Below, one piece after another: positions 40,073 through 54,153 of a DNA stretch of 64,000 bases (its first letter is position 1; each line of letters opens with the position of its first letter). Both the position numbers and the translations under genes were made by a program. The notes beneath the pieces are model-generated. The model was not told the origin of the DNA. It was given only the letters and a program-made list of their open reading frames with translations, and did no database searches. Source of the stretch: Nemertoderma westbladi. Taxonomy: Eukaryota > Animalia > Xenacoelomorpha. The stretch is from the NCBI GenBank assembly GCA_032718475.1, contig JAUCBJ010003212.1, forward strand, positions 1 to 64,000, given 5' to 3'.

Positions 40073-42007
40073 CAAGGGCGTAGGCAGGAATTTTTCAAGG
40101 GAGAAGTAACATACAAAAAAAATTTAACGAACTCATATTATATTAATAAGGGCAAATAAATATAATTAAGAAATATGGACATTAAGAATAAATGTAGGCT
40201 ATAAGTAAAAGCAAATAAACGTATAGAAATATATATTAAAACGATACTTTCAGGACATCACACATACATACTCAAAAATAAAACCTGTGTTTGCTCTCCC
40301 GCATTCCTCTCCCGGTATCTCAGAAGCTTCCCTTATAATTCCATTGAAACAAACAGATAGAGAGAGCCCGGAAAGTCCATACTGTCATGATGGAGTTTCA
40401 AAACAGAAACTACTGTAATTCAACAACTGCAACTAAGCTCTTAATGAGGTCTTGGTCAACCTTTTGTAGGTTGACTGAGAGAGTACGTGTTACAGCCATA
40501 TGTTTATTGAGAATACAGAGCGAAACAACAAACTCAGACTTTGTAATCGCTGACAGATAATTGGATGCCTTCCCTCATAATTGATGAGCATTTATCTATC
40601 ATCTCCAGAATATTCAGATATGTTTTATATTGCAAAGACGATATGTGGATGTGGATATATTCCATAGAACACTTTAACAGCATCATGTCTCAGCACCCGA
40701 CGTGTTTCGCGCATAGCTTTCAGATGCGTTGATCCAGCCATGCCCTTCCCAGCCTGCTTAATAATTTTTGTTAGTTCGTTTGTCCGTTTAGGCGATATTC
40801 AAAAAAAAAGTAACGATACTCTTCATTATACCCATGGCATTACGAATGGGCTGGACATTACAGCGTCACTTAGTGATAAATTCAAGGTATGGGCCACACA
40901 GCGAATATATAAAGCATTAGGATGATACTCCCGAATGATAGCCTGTACAGTACACCTATGAACTTCACAGTCATTGCCCCAGCACCATCATAGCCTCGAC
41001 CAACAAGTTTATCTGTATTAATGCCAAGATCTGCAATGATCGACTATATTTTTTCAGCGAACCCTTTTCCAGTCAAGTCAGTTACAGCCGCAGACTTCAC
41101 AAAATGTTCCTGGATTGGAGCTCCATTCGATTCAGGCTTGAAACGAATTATAACTGAAAGTTGTTCTTGGCGAATAATGTCACCTGTTTCATCGGCAAGG
41201 ATTCTAAGGTATTATGCCTTATTTTTGTTTTTCTCATCTATAAAATCTTTGGATATTACAGCACCAATACACTCAATCAAATATGATTGGCTTCTGGGCG
41301 ATATGTAAGTAGACTTAAGGTGGGTCTGGGTCTCCAAAATCGTGTCACCGCTCAAGGTCTTGAACTGTAACAGGGCCCGAAGATTACCTTCATTGTAATT
41401 TATTTCAGAGTATTTGTTGCTTAGTTCGTTCAAGCCTTCCATGGTCTCTGTCTCCCCTAAATGCCAACCCATTTTTTCCTGTGGCCCCTAAATGCCAACC
41501 CATTTTTTCCTAGAAACGGCAAAGACTCCACTATACTTTTCAGTATCGCCCGGTTTTTTCGAATCTGCCGCTGTGCTGCACTGTCCCATAAATTTTGCAT
41601 TTCCTTATGGGGATTGTCCAATATCCGGACAAATTCTTCAGCTGAAAGTGACGATTCTTTATGGTACTGTAACTGCAGGTGTTGCTTCACAGAGTCCATT
41701 TGAGCAAATCGAATAAATGGGGTTTGGGCAAAGGGGCAACAGAGAGAACGCAGTACTTGCAGAATATTCCCCCTTCCTTCACAGAATAATCAAGCCCATT
41801 GTACAGATGTTCCGGCTTTAAACGGTAGGTGACTTCTATTGAAACCCATTTAGTTCAGCCAACAGCGGATATATGAATCAAAATTTTAAAATCTCAGATG
41901 TCAGGATCTCAATGATATATTTCATTGATGAATATATACCGGTACAGTATATGTTAAATTTGTATAGGGGTGGTAAATCCACTTACCATCCCTTCTGTAC
42001 GCCCTTG
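40073..42007 (-). mobile_element. Decayed hAT transposon (THAP12/ZMYM1-like transposase pseudogene), copy 1
   Basis: TIR CAAGGGCGTA...TACGCCCTTG and decayed 8-bp TSD GTAATATT/CTAATACT. Broken motifs LAFRGH, NEGNLRALL, YISPRSQ, LADETGD..EQLS, YDGAGAM and YIRCVAHTLNL. Confidence 0.9.
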
Positions 42008-43344
42008 CTAATACTTATTACCATTACTATTAAATAATTACTATTACCTTTGAAATGGAGGTGCTGTTTCTCCAGTCTCCAGTCTAAGAAACTTTGGGCT
42101 TCTTAATTAGGCCGTATTTATTTGTGGGAATGTGGGATGACCCTGCCCCAATCTCAGATGGGTGGATCTGTCTGTAAGAGCTAGTCTGATTTTCGACAAG
42201 CCTTCGAGCAGCACAAAATTTTACAATTGAATAAGACCATTTCCAAAAAGGCATTCACTTTACAGATATGAATAAAATTGCTAAAATAGTTTTTTGATAT
42301 ATTTTTAGCAAGGATGAAAATTTTTTTGAATTTTATTCTTTTTTTAACAAAGTTATTTTTGAACAAAGAAAAATGGTATTATCTGAAATAGTAAACACAT
42401 ATATCTCAGAATGACCTTTTTCATGATAAAATTGTATTTCTCCGCGAATTTTAACTGAAATGAGTTGAAATTTGGTACACTTGCTCAGAATACTTTTGTC
42501 CATAAATCCTCTCAACAAATTTTGCCTCAATCTGGCCTCAATCTCTGGAGCCTTTTTAGATCAAAAAGGCATAAAAATAGCCCTTTTTGGGCATTTTTGT
42601 TCTAAAAAAGTTCCAGAGCATATTAATCAAAATTTGTTCAGAAGAATTGGATGTAGGGGTCTTCTGAACTTATATTACAAATTTCGGGAAATTTCAACAA
42701 ATCTTGGAGAAGAAATAACTTTTGGCGCAAAAAGGCACTTTTGACCATTACAGTGCCAATTTTGGGCTAATTTTAAAATATTTGGTTTGGCTATTCTTAA
42801 ACAACCCATACGATGTTTAGTAGCACAACAAATACTTTTCACCCAATTTTAAGTTCCAGAAACACAAAATTGTGAGGTTCCATTTGGGGGTGCTAGCTCC
42901 CCCCATAAATTTGATTATCACGCTTTTATCCGCCGTTGTAAATTCCTTCACGTTGCCATAAATGTTGAGCAACTTTTACGGCAACTTTTTTTTTTACATA
43001 CACATCGTGTTTACACAGAGCAACTTGATTCAAAAATCAAAAGGTCAATAAAAAAAGTCAATCAAAGTGTTGATACGTGTAATCCGTCCTTAAGCAAGAT
43101 CAAAATCCATCTGGTCGTGATCCTATGCTTCCATTATGAACGAGTTTGTTGCCTCTTGCCTCCATAATAGAAGGCCTCCATAACTTGCGGTCAGACAAAC
43201 AACAGTTCACTTTAATGGATATCTTTGTGCAGAACGTTGCTGGTAGCAGTAGTAATGGATTCTTTATGAACTCGTACGCTAGATCATCCTCAGGTTCAAC
43301 CTTTAGATACCCCAAGTTATAATCATCAAAAACCTTCCTAGCTC

Positions 43345-45531
43345 TGCCACCCACCATGAAGCCGCCAGCTTCTTTACAGGTTGCACTATCTACCCACAAC
43401 GGAGACGCCAGCTTCTTTACAGGTTGCACTATCTACCCACCATGAAGCCACACCAGCTTCTTTACAGGTTGCGCTATCTACCCACCATGGAGCCACCAGC
43501 TTCTTTACAGGTTGCACTATCTACCCACCATGGAGCCACCAGCTTCTTTACAGGTTGCACTATCTACCCACCATGAAGCCACACCAGCTTCTTTACAGGT
43601 TGCGCTATCTACCCACCATGGAGCCACCAGCTTCTTTACAGGTTGCACTATCTACCCACCATGGAGCCGCCAGCTTCTTTACAGGTTGCACTATCTACCC
43701 ACCATGAAGCCACCAGCTTCTTTACAGGTTGCGCTATCTACCCACCATGGAGCCACCAGCTTCTTTACAGGTTGCGCTATCTACCCACCATGGAGCCACC
43801 AGCTTCTTTACAGGTTGCACTATCTACCCACCATGGAGCCGCCAGCTTCTTTACAGGTTGCGCTATCTACCCACCATGGAGCCGCCAGCTTCTTTACAGG
43901 TTGCGCTATCTACCCACCATGAAGCCGCCAGCTTCTTTACAGGTTGCGCAATCTACCCACCATGAAGCCGCCAGCTTCTTTACAGGTTGCGCTATCTACC
44001 CACCATGGAGCCACCAGCTTCTTTACAGGTTGCGCTATCTACCCACCATGGAGCCGCCAGCTTCTTTACAGGTTGCACTATCTACCCACCATGAAGCCAC
44101 CAGCTTCTTTACAGGTTGCGCTATCTACCCACGATGGAGCCACCAGCTTCTTTACAGGTTGCGCTATCTACCCACCATGGAGCCGCCAGCTTCTTTACAG
44201 GTTGCGCTATCTACACACCATGAAGCCACCAGCTTCTTTACAGGTTGCGCTATCTTCCCACCATGGAGCCACCAGCTTCTTTACAGGTTGCGCTATCTAC
44301 CCACCATGGAGCCGCCAGCTTCTTTACAGGTTGCACTATCTACCCACCATGGAGCTACCAGCTTCTTACAGGTTGCGCTATCTACCCACCATGAAGCCGC
44401 CAGCTTCTTTACAGGTTGCGCTATCTACCCACCATGAAGCCGCCAGCTTCTTTACAGGTTGCGCAATCTACCCACCATGAAGCCGCCAGCTTCTTTACAG
44501 GTTGCGCTATCTACCCACCATGGAGCCACCAGCTTCTTTACAGGTTGCGCTATCTACCCACCATGGAGCCGCCAGCTTCTTTACAGGTTGCACTATCTAC
44601 CCACCATGAAGCCACCAGCTTCTTTACAGGTTGCGCTATCTACCCACGATGGAGCCACCAGCTTCTTTACAGGTTGCGCTATCTACCCACCATGGAGCCG
44701 CCAGCTTCTTTACAGGTTGCGCTATCTACACACCATGAAGCCACCAGCTTCTTTACAGGTTGCGCTATCTTCCCACCATGGAGCCACCAGCTTCTTTACA
44801 GGTTGCGCTATCTACCCACCATGGAGCCGCCAGCTTCTTTACAGGTTGCACTATCTACCCACCATGGAGCTACCAGCTTCTTACAGGTTGCGCTATCTAC
44901 CCACCATGAAGCCGCCAGCTTCTTTACAGGTTGCACTATCTACCCACCATGGAGCCGCCAGCTTCTTTACAGGTTGCGCTATCTACCCACAATGGAGCCA
45001 CCAGCTTCTTTACAGGTTGCGCTATCTACCCACCATGGAGCCGCCAGCTTCTTTACAGGTTGCGCTATCTACCCACCATGGAGCCGCCAGCTTCTTTACA
45101 GGTTGCGCTATCTACCCACCATGGAGCTGCCAGCTTCTTTACAGGTTGCGCTATCTACCCACCATGAAGCCGCCAGCTTCTTTACAGGTTGCGCTATCTA
45201 CCAACCATGGAGCCACCAGCTACTTTACAGGTTGCGCTATCTAACCACCATGGAGCCACCAGCTTCTTTACAGGTTGCGCTATCCACCCACCATGGAGCC
45301 GCCAGCTTCTTTACAGGTTGCGCTATCTACCCACCATGGAGCCACCAGCTTCTTTACAGGTTGCGCTATCTACCCACCATGGAGCCACCAGCTTCTTTAC
45401 AGGTTGCGCTATCTACCCACCATGGAGCCGCCAGCTTCTTTACAGGTTGCGCTATCTACCCACCATGAAGCCACCAGCTTGCGCTATCTACCCACCATGG
45501 AGCCGTCAGCTTCTTTACAGATTACGCTATC
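43345..45531. repeat. 43-bp satellite (CTATCTACCCACCATGGAGCCACCAGCTTCTTTACAGGTTGCG), copy 1, ~51 units
   Basis: Regular 43-bp period. Confidence 0.96.
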
Positions 45532-45782
45532 TCTTTCTTTATACTTATTTCTACAAATGTTATGGTTACAGTATAGCACACTTGAAACCGGGGTATCAGG
45601 CAGCTAATACTACCTCAAAAATAAACTAGCGTAGCACCTAGTGCCTCAGCACCCAGTACTACCGTAGTACCTGGTGCCTCGGCACCCAGTACTACCATAG
45701 AATAAACCTCCTAGGCATCAGGCGCTACTGTAGTATTAAGCGCCTAGGCAATTGGTACTAACTAGCGGCAACAGTCTAGCTG

Positions 45783-47597
45783 TACTTCCTAATTATTTCA
45801 CTTTGTCTAGTCAAAAATTTAACTGTAACCTGCCTGGGTTATTGAATCTATTGAATATTGGGTCTTGGTGGGATAAATATTTCTCCATTTGACGCAACTC
45901 CGCCGCGGCCGCTATGAGGGAGGTGAATACCGCGGCCGCTCCTAAAGCCGCAGGCCATCGCTAACTATATAGGTTAACTTGGGATTCTGGGGGACTTTTC
46001 GATGAAGGAACTGACCAAATTTTTTTATTTTCTCACCAGGGGAGCGGCTCGGAATTCTAAGATATTAGCAACTCTAACATTATTAAATCTAACCCTTCGA
46101 CGGACACGGCGGACAAAAAACCGTCATTTTTTCGACAATTTTAAAATTTTTTTGAAAGGCGTTCTACAGTGGCTCGAAAAAACCCTAGGTTATTGCTTAG
46201 CCGACGCCGGGATACGATAGAAGGGATTAATTAGTGAATTCGTTTTTTTTTCAAAAAAGATTACCACGCCTTTTTTCCGAAAATGTCCGTCAAAGTTGAA
46301 AAAACGGACAAAATGACTTTGCGGGATCCGCTATAACTCGGCAAATATTAATCGTACGGGGACGAAAGTAACGCGGTTGAAAAGGGGAAGAGTGGTACTA
46401 CCTTCGTATCGAATGGGGGTAAGATATTTATTAAAATTTCGGGTGGAAAAAGGGGCTGTAAATTTGTACGTTTTTGTCCGTCTTTTTTGGAAAACTTATT
46501 TCCGAAATGTTTAATTCGACAACGCGGGTAGGAATCCACTAATTCTTTTATGAAACTCGTAGAAGACCATTGGGGCTACGTTCCTATCGAATGGGGGTAC
46601 AAAAAATATGTCGGCAATAGGGGCCAAAAAGGGCCAGAATTTGTAAATTAGTTTTTATCGAATAATTTTTTATTTTTAACTTTAGTTGGTTAAGGTACAT
46701 TCTATACAGTCAATATCCATACGGGGAATTCAAATATGCTATCGGTTTTGCTCCAAGGATGATATTAAAAAAATGAGGGCCAAAATTATAATTTCGCGCT
46801 TCAAACTTGCTTCGCGGGAAATCGTCTAGCTCGAAAACTACTTAACTTACGGGAGATTTGTTTACACAGACTTATAGTGCGTTAAATTATCTATCTAACA
46901 GCGTTAATCACAGCGCCGGAGGTATTATAAAACTGGAGCGGCAGGCGATCGTGTGAAATATAATATTTATAAAAAGGGACGAAAAATTTTTTTTTTAACA
47001 AATCGCTATTCCATTATAATTTAGCGTATTGCGCCAAAAGTACCTGTAAAAAGTATCAAATTAACTCCGCTATCTTTTATCTTAACATATATAATTAAAA
47101 TTACGAATTTTAAGGGTCGAAAAATATCGCGTTATTTTGACCCTTTTTTTTAATTTTTTTGGGGCCAAAAATAACCCCTTCTCAAAAGATTAAGAAAAAA
47201 ATTACGGCAAAGAATATACCAATTTTATTGAAATTGGACCACCAGAACCGAAGTTAGAGCGATTTTAGTGAAAAAATAAAAATAATTTTTTTTGCAAAAA
47301 AATTAAGAATGGTCAGGTCAATATTGGATTTCGAACCCGCGAACTTAGGTTTCATTAACGTGATTGATAACCACTAGACTATGTGACCAAGAGAATTTGA
47401 AATTTTCGAGTGACTATTTTTAAACATAAATAACTTCGGTTCTACAGGGCCGTTTAATCTGAAACTTTTTTCATTGGACAGAGAATAGATTGTAGTGTGT
47501 GAAATTGGATAAAACTTGGGAAAAGACTTATGTGCACTTAGTGCAAAATGCACTTAAATAGTGAACATTTTTTCGATATTTCAAACATATAAATATT
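45783..47597. other. Unclassified non-coding, repeat-like segment between the two duplicate copies
   Basis: No credible ORF. GC palindromes (CCGCGGCCGCT twice) near the left end, a TGCACTTAGTGCA hairpin near the right end and a tRNA-like segment. No TIR or TSD found. Confidence 0.4.
47316..47388 (-). other. tRNA-like pseudo-sequence
   Basis: Minus strand GGTCACATAGTCTAGTGGTT...GGGTTCGAAATCCAATATTGACC has A/B boxes and a GGTCA/TGACC acceptor-like stem. The anticodon arm does not pair. Confidence 0.55.
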
Positions 47598-48031
47598 TTA
47601 CATAAGTCCTGAGCTCTTCTTACAGTCCTTAAATAATTCGTTGAAACCGGCACACAAAGAGATATCGGACTGCTGTTGGCTGCAATCCATAAACGCCTGT
47701 AGTTCCTGCATACAAGGCGCTGATGTCTGCTGCTGTTGCTGGGGAACCGAGCTGTCTTCGGTCGCCGCAGCCACACCACCACCCGTCATCGCCGCTCCAA
47801 CAGTATGCCCTACCGCACTGCCCACAGCCACTCCTGCCGCCGTGGCCGCCATCTGGGCGAACATCCCCGGTTGTCGGCCAGTCGGCTGTGTCATCGGTTG
47901 CTGCGGGTGGGTTCGGGCAGGCGCTGTTGTACTGGCGTTACGCGTGCCTCCACCGGCTGTCTGGCTGTGCGAGCACTTCCGCCGAACCCACCGCCACTGC
48001 GTCCTCCGAAGCCTCTTCCTCCTCTCGGCAT
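47598..48031 (-). pseudogene. CHCHD2: Frameshifted duplicate of the CHCHD2/10-like gene (residual 98-aa ORF 47598..47894)
   Basis: An extra CTGGCTGT at 47961..47968 shifts the frame after codon ~23. The ATG at 48031 then reads to a premature TGA. Confidence 0.9.
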
Positions 48032-48955
48032 ATTCTTATCTTCAGATCTTGACAGTATTCAATACAGCAAAACTGTAATACAGTCAGACAGTACCGCAGT
48101 AATACTTCAGTACTTACTTCTGTACTTAATTTATAATTACAACAGGTATTTCTGTATTTGGCTAATACTGTAATGGGCTGTCGGTCGGTGAGTGTACAGG
48201 TGTACAGGAGGTACAGCAGTACAGTGGTAGGTGTTAGCTGTTAGGGCAGAATGTCTATAGTTTCCAGATGGTAGCCTTGGTAGGTATCTCTGGTGTACCA
48301 TATCGTCCCTTTCATTTTCAAACAACCTGAAACTATGACAAAAACTTGACAAAATAGACTTTTTCCTGTAAAACGGCATTTTTGATTCTAATTTTGTTTG
48401 AAAGTAATATTCCAGGATTTTGGTCTTATTTACTTTTAAATCCATTAAATGTAACGATTTTAAACAAAAACAGTTATGGTATTCGATTAATGTACCATAT
48501 TAGGTGGGAAACAATGTATAGGGATATACTGTAGGTTGTTTAAAAAAAATATTACATTTTTTACAATGATTACTCAAAAAGCATTAGGCCTAAGACACAT
48601 TCGATTATTAAGTTTTAAAAATATAAAACAAATCTCCCTCTATCATAATAAATAACAATTCTACCTCTCGATTCGTTGTTGCCAATTTTATATCAACGTT
48701 TCCCGGGTTTACTCTATTTATAACAGTAAAATGTATTATATAGGTTGTTTTTAAAAAAATTTATTTATCATGCGGTCTATGCAAAACTGGCATATAGGTG
48801 GTTTTAATGTAGGAGTATGGCCTTCTAAGTGAGTTAATCGGATTCAGAATACATTTTAACATAAAGAAATACAGCAATTTCCATTTCGGCAAAAATGGCA
48901 TATAGGTGGTTTCAAAATGAATGGGACGATATGGTAATGGCATCTATGTAATATT

Positions 48956-50890
48956 CAAGGGCGTAGGCAGGAATTTTTCAAGGGAGAAGTAACATACAAA
49001 AAAAATTTAACGAACTCATATTATATTAATAAGGGCAAATAAATATAATTAAGAAATATGGACATTAAGAATAAATGTAGGCTATAAGTAAAAGCAAATA
49101 AACGTATAGAAATATGTATTAAAACGATACTTTCAGGACATCACACATACATACTCAAAAATAAAACCTGTGTTTGCTCTCCCGCATTCCTCTCCCGGTA
49201 TCTCAGAAGCTTCCCTTATAATTCCATTGAAACAAACAGATAGAGAGAGCCCGGAAAGTCCATACTGTCATGATGGAGTTTCAAAACAGAAACTACTGTA
49301 ATTCAACAACTGCAACTAAGCTCTTAATGAGGTCTTGGTCAACCTTTTGTAGGTTGACTGAGAGAGTACGTGTTACAGCCATATGTTTATTGAGAATACA
49401 GAGCGAAACAACAAACTCAGACTTTGTAATCGCTGACAGATAATTGGATGCCTTCCCTCATAATTGATGAGCATTTATCTATCATCTCCAGAATATTCAG
49501 ATATGTTTTATATTGCAAAGACGATATGTGGATGTGGATATATTCCATAGAACACTTTAACAGCATCATGTCTCAGCACCCGACGTGTTTCGCGCATAGC
49601 TTTCAGATGCGTTGATCCAGCCATGCCCTTCCCAGCCTGCTTAATAATTTTTGTTAGTTCGTTTGTCCGTTTAGGCGATATTCAAAAAAAAAGTAACGAT
49701 ACTCTTCATTATACCCATGGCATTACGAATGGGCTGGACATTACAGCGTCACTTAATGATAAATTCAAGGTATGGGCCACACAGCGAATATATAAAGCAT
49801 TAGGATGATACTCCCGAATGATAGCCTGTACAGTACACCTATGAACTTCACAGTCATTGCCCCAGCACCATCATAGCCTTGACCAACAAGTTTATCTGTA
49901 TTAATGCCAAGGTCTGCAATGATCGACTATATTTTTTCAGCGAACCCTTTTCCAGTCAAGTCAGTTACAGCCGCAGACTTCACAAAATGTTCCTGGATTG
50001 GAGCTCCATTCGATTCAGGCTTGAAACGAATTATAACTGAAAGTTGTTCTTGGCGAATAATGTCACCTGTTTCATCGGCAAGGATTCTAAGGTATTATGC
50101 CTTATTTTTGTTTTTCTCATCTATAAAATCTTTGGATATTACAGCACCAATACACTCAATCAAATATGATTGGCTTCTGGGCGATATGTAAGTAGACTTA
50201 AGGTGGGTCTGGGTCTCCAAGATCGTGTCACCGCTCAAGGTCTTGAACTGTAACAGGGCCCGAAGATTACCTTCATTGTAATTTATTTCAGAGTATTTGT
50301 TGCTTAGTTCGTTCAAGCCTTCCATGGTCTCTGTCTCCCCTAAATGCCAACCCATTTTTTCCTGTGGCCCCTAAATGCCAACCCATTTTTTCCTAGAAAC
50401 GGCAAAGACTCCACTATACTTTTCAGTATCGCCCGGTTTTTTCGAATCTGCCCCTGTGCTGCACTGTCCCATAAATTTTGCATTTCCTTATGGGGATTGT
50501 CCAATATCCGGACAAATTCTTCAGCTGCAAGTGACGATTCTTTATGGTACTGTAACTGCAGGTGTTGCTTCACAGAGTCCATTTGAGCAAATCGAATAAA
50601 TGGGGTTTGGGCAAAGTGGCAACAGAGAGAACGCAGTACTTGCAGAATATTCCCCCTTCCTTCACAGAATAATCAAGCCCATTGTACAGATGTTCCGGCT
50701 TTAAACGGTAGGTGACTTCTATTGAAACCCATTTAGTTCAGCCAACAGCGGATATATGAATCAAAATTTTAAAATCTCAGATGTCAGGATCTCAATGATA
50801 TATTTCATTGATGAATATATACCGGTACAGTATATGTTAAATTTGTATAGGGGTGGTAAATCCACTTACCATCCCTTCTGTACGCCCTTG
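48956..50890 (-). mobile_element. Decayed hAT transposon, copy 2 (carried in the duplication)
   Basis: Same TIRs, flanks and broken ORFs as 40073..42007. Confidence 0.9.
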
Positions 50891-52220
50891 CTAATACTTA
50901 TTACCATTACTATTAAATAATTACTATTACCTTTGAAATGGAGGTGCTGTTTCTCCAGTCTAAGAAACTTTGGGCTTCTTAATTAGGCCGTATTTATTTG
51001 TGGGAATGTGGGATGACCCTGCCCCAATCTCAGATGGGTGGATCTGTCTGTAAGAGCTAGTCTGATTTTCGACAAGCCTTCGAGCAGCACAAAATTTTAC
51101 AATTGAATAAGACCATTTCCAAAAAGGCATTCACTTTACAGATATGAATAAAATTGCTAAAATAGTTTTTTGATATATTTTTAGCAAGGATGAAAATTTT
51201 TTTGAATTTTATTCTTTTTTTAACAAAGTTATTTTTGAACAAAGAAAAATGGTATTATCTGAAATAGTAAACACATATATCTCAGAATGACCTTTTTCAT
51301 GATAAAATGGTATTTCTCCGCGAATTTTAACTGAAATGAGTTGAAATTTGGTACACTTGCTCAGAATACTTTTGTCCATAAATCCTCTCAACAAATTTTG
51401 CCTCAATCTGGCCTCAATCTCTGGAGCCTTTTTAGATCAAAAAGGCTTAAAAATAGCCCTTTTTGGGCATTTTTGTTCTAAAAAAGTTCCAGAGCATATT
51501 AATCAAAATTTGTTCAGAAGAATTGGATGTAGGGGTCTTCTGAACTTATATTACAAATTTCGGGAAATTTCAACAAATCTTGGAGAAGAAATAACTTTTG
51601 GCGCAAAAAGGCACTTTTGACCATTACAGTGCCAATTTTGGGCTAATTTTAAAATATTTGGTTTGGCTATTCTTAAACAACCCATACGATGTTTAGTAGC
51701 ACAACAAATACTTTTCACCCAATTTTAAGTTCCAGAAACACAAAATTGTGAGGTTCCATTTGGGGGTGCTAGCTCCCCCCATAAATTTGATTATCACGCT
51801 TTTATCCGCCCTTGTAAATTCCTTCACGTTGCCATAAATGTTGAGCAACTTTTACGGCAACTTTTTTTTTTACATACACATCGTGTTTACACAGAGCAAC
51901 TTGATTCAAAAATCAAAAGGTCAATAAAAAAAGTCAATCAAAGTGTTGATACGTGTAATCCGTCCTTAAGCAAGATCAAAATCCATCTGGTCGTGATCCT
52001 ATGCTTCCATTATGAACGAGTTTGTTGCCTCTTGCCTCCATAATAGAAGGCCTCCATAACTTGCGGTCAGACAAACAACAGTTCACTTTAATGGATATCT
52101 TTGTGCAGAACGTTGCTGGTAGCAGTAGTAATGGATTCTTTATGAACTCGTACGCTAGATCATCCTCAGGTTCAACCTTTAGATACCCCAAGTTATAATC
52201 ATCAAAAACCTTCCTAGCTC

Positions 52221-53902
52221 TGCCACCCACCATGAAGCCGCCAGCTTCTTTACAGGTTGCACTATCTACCCACAACGGAGACGCCAGCTTCTTTACAGGT
52301 TGCACTATCTACCCACCATGAAGCCACACCAGCTTCTTTACAGGTTGCGCTATCTACCCACCATGGAGCCACCAGCTTCTTTACAGGTTGCACTATCTAC
52401 CCACCATGGAGCCACCAGCTTCTTTACAGGTTGCACTATCTACCCACCATGAAGCCACACCAGCTTCTTTACAGGTTGCGCTATCTACCCACCATGGAGC
52501 CACCAGCTTCTTTACAGGTTGCACTATCTACCCACCATGGAGCCGCCAGCTTCTTTACAGGTTGCACTATCTACCCACCATGAAGCCACCAGCTTCTTTA
52601 CAGGTTGCGCTATCTACCCACCATGGAGCCACCAGCTTCTTTACAGGTTGCGCTATCTACCCACCATGGAGCCACCAGCTTCTTTACAGGTTGCACTATC
52701 TACCCACCATGGAGCCGCCAGCTTCTTTACAGGTTGCGCTATCTACCCACCATGGAGCCGCCAGCTTCTTTACAGGTTGCGCTATCTACCCACCATGAAG
52801 CCGCCAGCTTCTTTACAGGTTGCGCAATCTACCCACCATGAAGCCGCCAGCTTCTTTACAGGTTGCGCTATCTACCCACCATGGAGCCACCAGCTTCTTT
52901 ACAGGTTGCGCTATCTACCCACCATGGAGCCGCCAGCTTCTTTACAGGTTGCACTATCTACCCACCATGAAGCCACCAGCTTCTTTACAGGTTGCGCTAT
53001 CTACCCACGATGGAGCCACCAGCTTCTTTACAGGTTGCGCTATCTACCCACCATGGAGCCGCCAGCTTCTTTACAGGTTGCGCTATCTACACACCATGAA
53101 GCCACCAGCTTCTTTACAGGTTGCGCTATCTTCCCACCATGGAGCCACCAGCTTCTTTACAGGTTGCGCTATCTACCCACCATGGAGCCGCCAGCTTCTT
53201 TACAGGTTGCACTATCTACCCACCATGGAGCTACCAGCTTCTTACAGGTTGCGCTATCTACCCACCATGAAGCCGCCAGCTTCTTTACAGGTTGCACTAT
53301 CTACCCACCATGGAGCCGCCAGCTTCTTTACAGGTTGCGCTATCTACCCACAATGGAGCCACCAGCTTCTTTACAGGTTGCGCTATCTCCCCACCATGGA
53401 GCCGCCAGCTTCTTTACAGGTTGCGCTATCTACCCACCATGGAGCCGCCAGCTTCTTTACAGGTTGCGCTATCTACCCACCATGGAGCTGCCAGCTTCTT
53501 TACAGGTTGCGCTATCTACCCACCATGAAGCCGCCAGCTTCTTTACAGGTTGCGCTATCTACCAACCATGGAGCCACCAGCTTCTTTACAGGTGCGCTAT
53601 CTACCCACCATGGAGCCACCAGCTTCTTTACAGGTTGCGCTATCCACCCACCATGGAGCCGCCAGCTTCTTTACAGGTTGCGCTATCTACCCACCATGGA
53701 GCCACCAGCTTCTTTACAGGTTGCGCTATCTACCCACCATGGAGCCACCAGCTTCTTTACAGGTTGCGCTATCTACCCACCATGGAGCCGCCAGCTTCTT
53801 TACAGGTTGCGCTATCTACCCACCATGAAGCCACCAGCTTGTTTACAGGTTGCGCTATCTACCCACCATGGAGCCGTCAGCTTCTTTACAGATTACGCTA
53901 TC
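52221..53902. repeat. 43-bp satellite, copy 2, ~39 units
   Basis: Same unit and variant order as copy 1, but ~505 bp shorter. Confidence 0.96.
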
Positions 53903-54153
53903 TCTTTCTTTATACTTATTTCTACAAATGTTATGGTTACAGTATAGCACACTTGAAACCGGGGTATCAGGCAGCTAATACTACCTCAAAAATAAACTAG
54001 CGTAGCACCTAGTGCCTCAGCACCCAGTACTACCGTAGTACCTGGTGCCTCGGCACCCAGTACTACCATAGAATAAACCTCCTAGGCATCAGGCGCTACT
54101 GTAGTATTAAGCGCCTAGGCAATTGGTACTAACTAGCGGCAACAGTCTAGCTG

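Larger units (their letters stand above)
38723..45782. repeat. Segmental duplication, copy 1
   Basis: Near-identical to 47598..54153 (offset 8875 at the left end, 8371 at the right end). Confidence 0.97.
47598..54153. repeat. Segmental duplication, copy 2
   Basis: Colinear with 38723..45782, with sparse SNPs and a few indels. Confidence 0.97.

Noticed and set aside
40698-40730. Second hammerhead-like string (CUGAAAG..GAAACACGUC on minus; also ~49580)
   Set aside because: The core is not CUGANGA, there is no stem II, and it coincides with the hAT transposase LKAMRETR motif.
43100-43429. 109-aa minus ORF next to the 43-bp array (also 51976..52305)
   Set aside because: It starts inside the satellite and has no recognisable motif. 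At most it is an old LINE remnant.
43381-54000. Overlapping ORFs in the two 43-bp arrays
   Set aside because: The unit length is not a multiple of 3, so these are frame-cycling artefacts.
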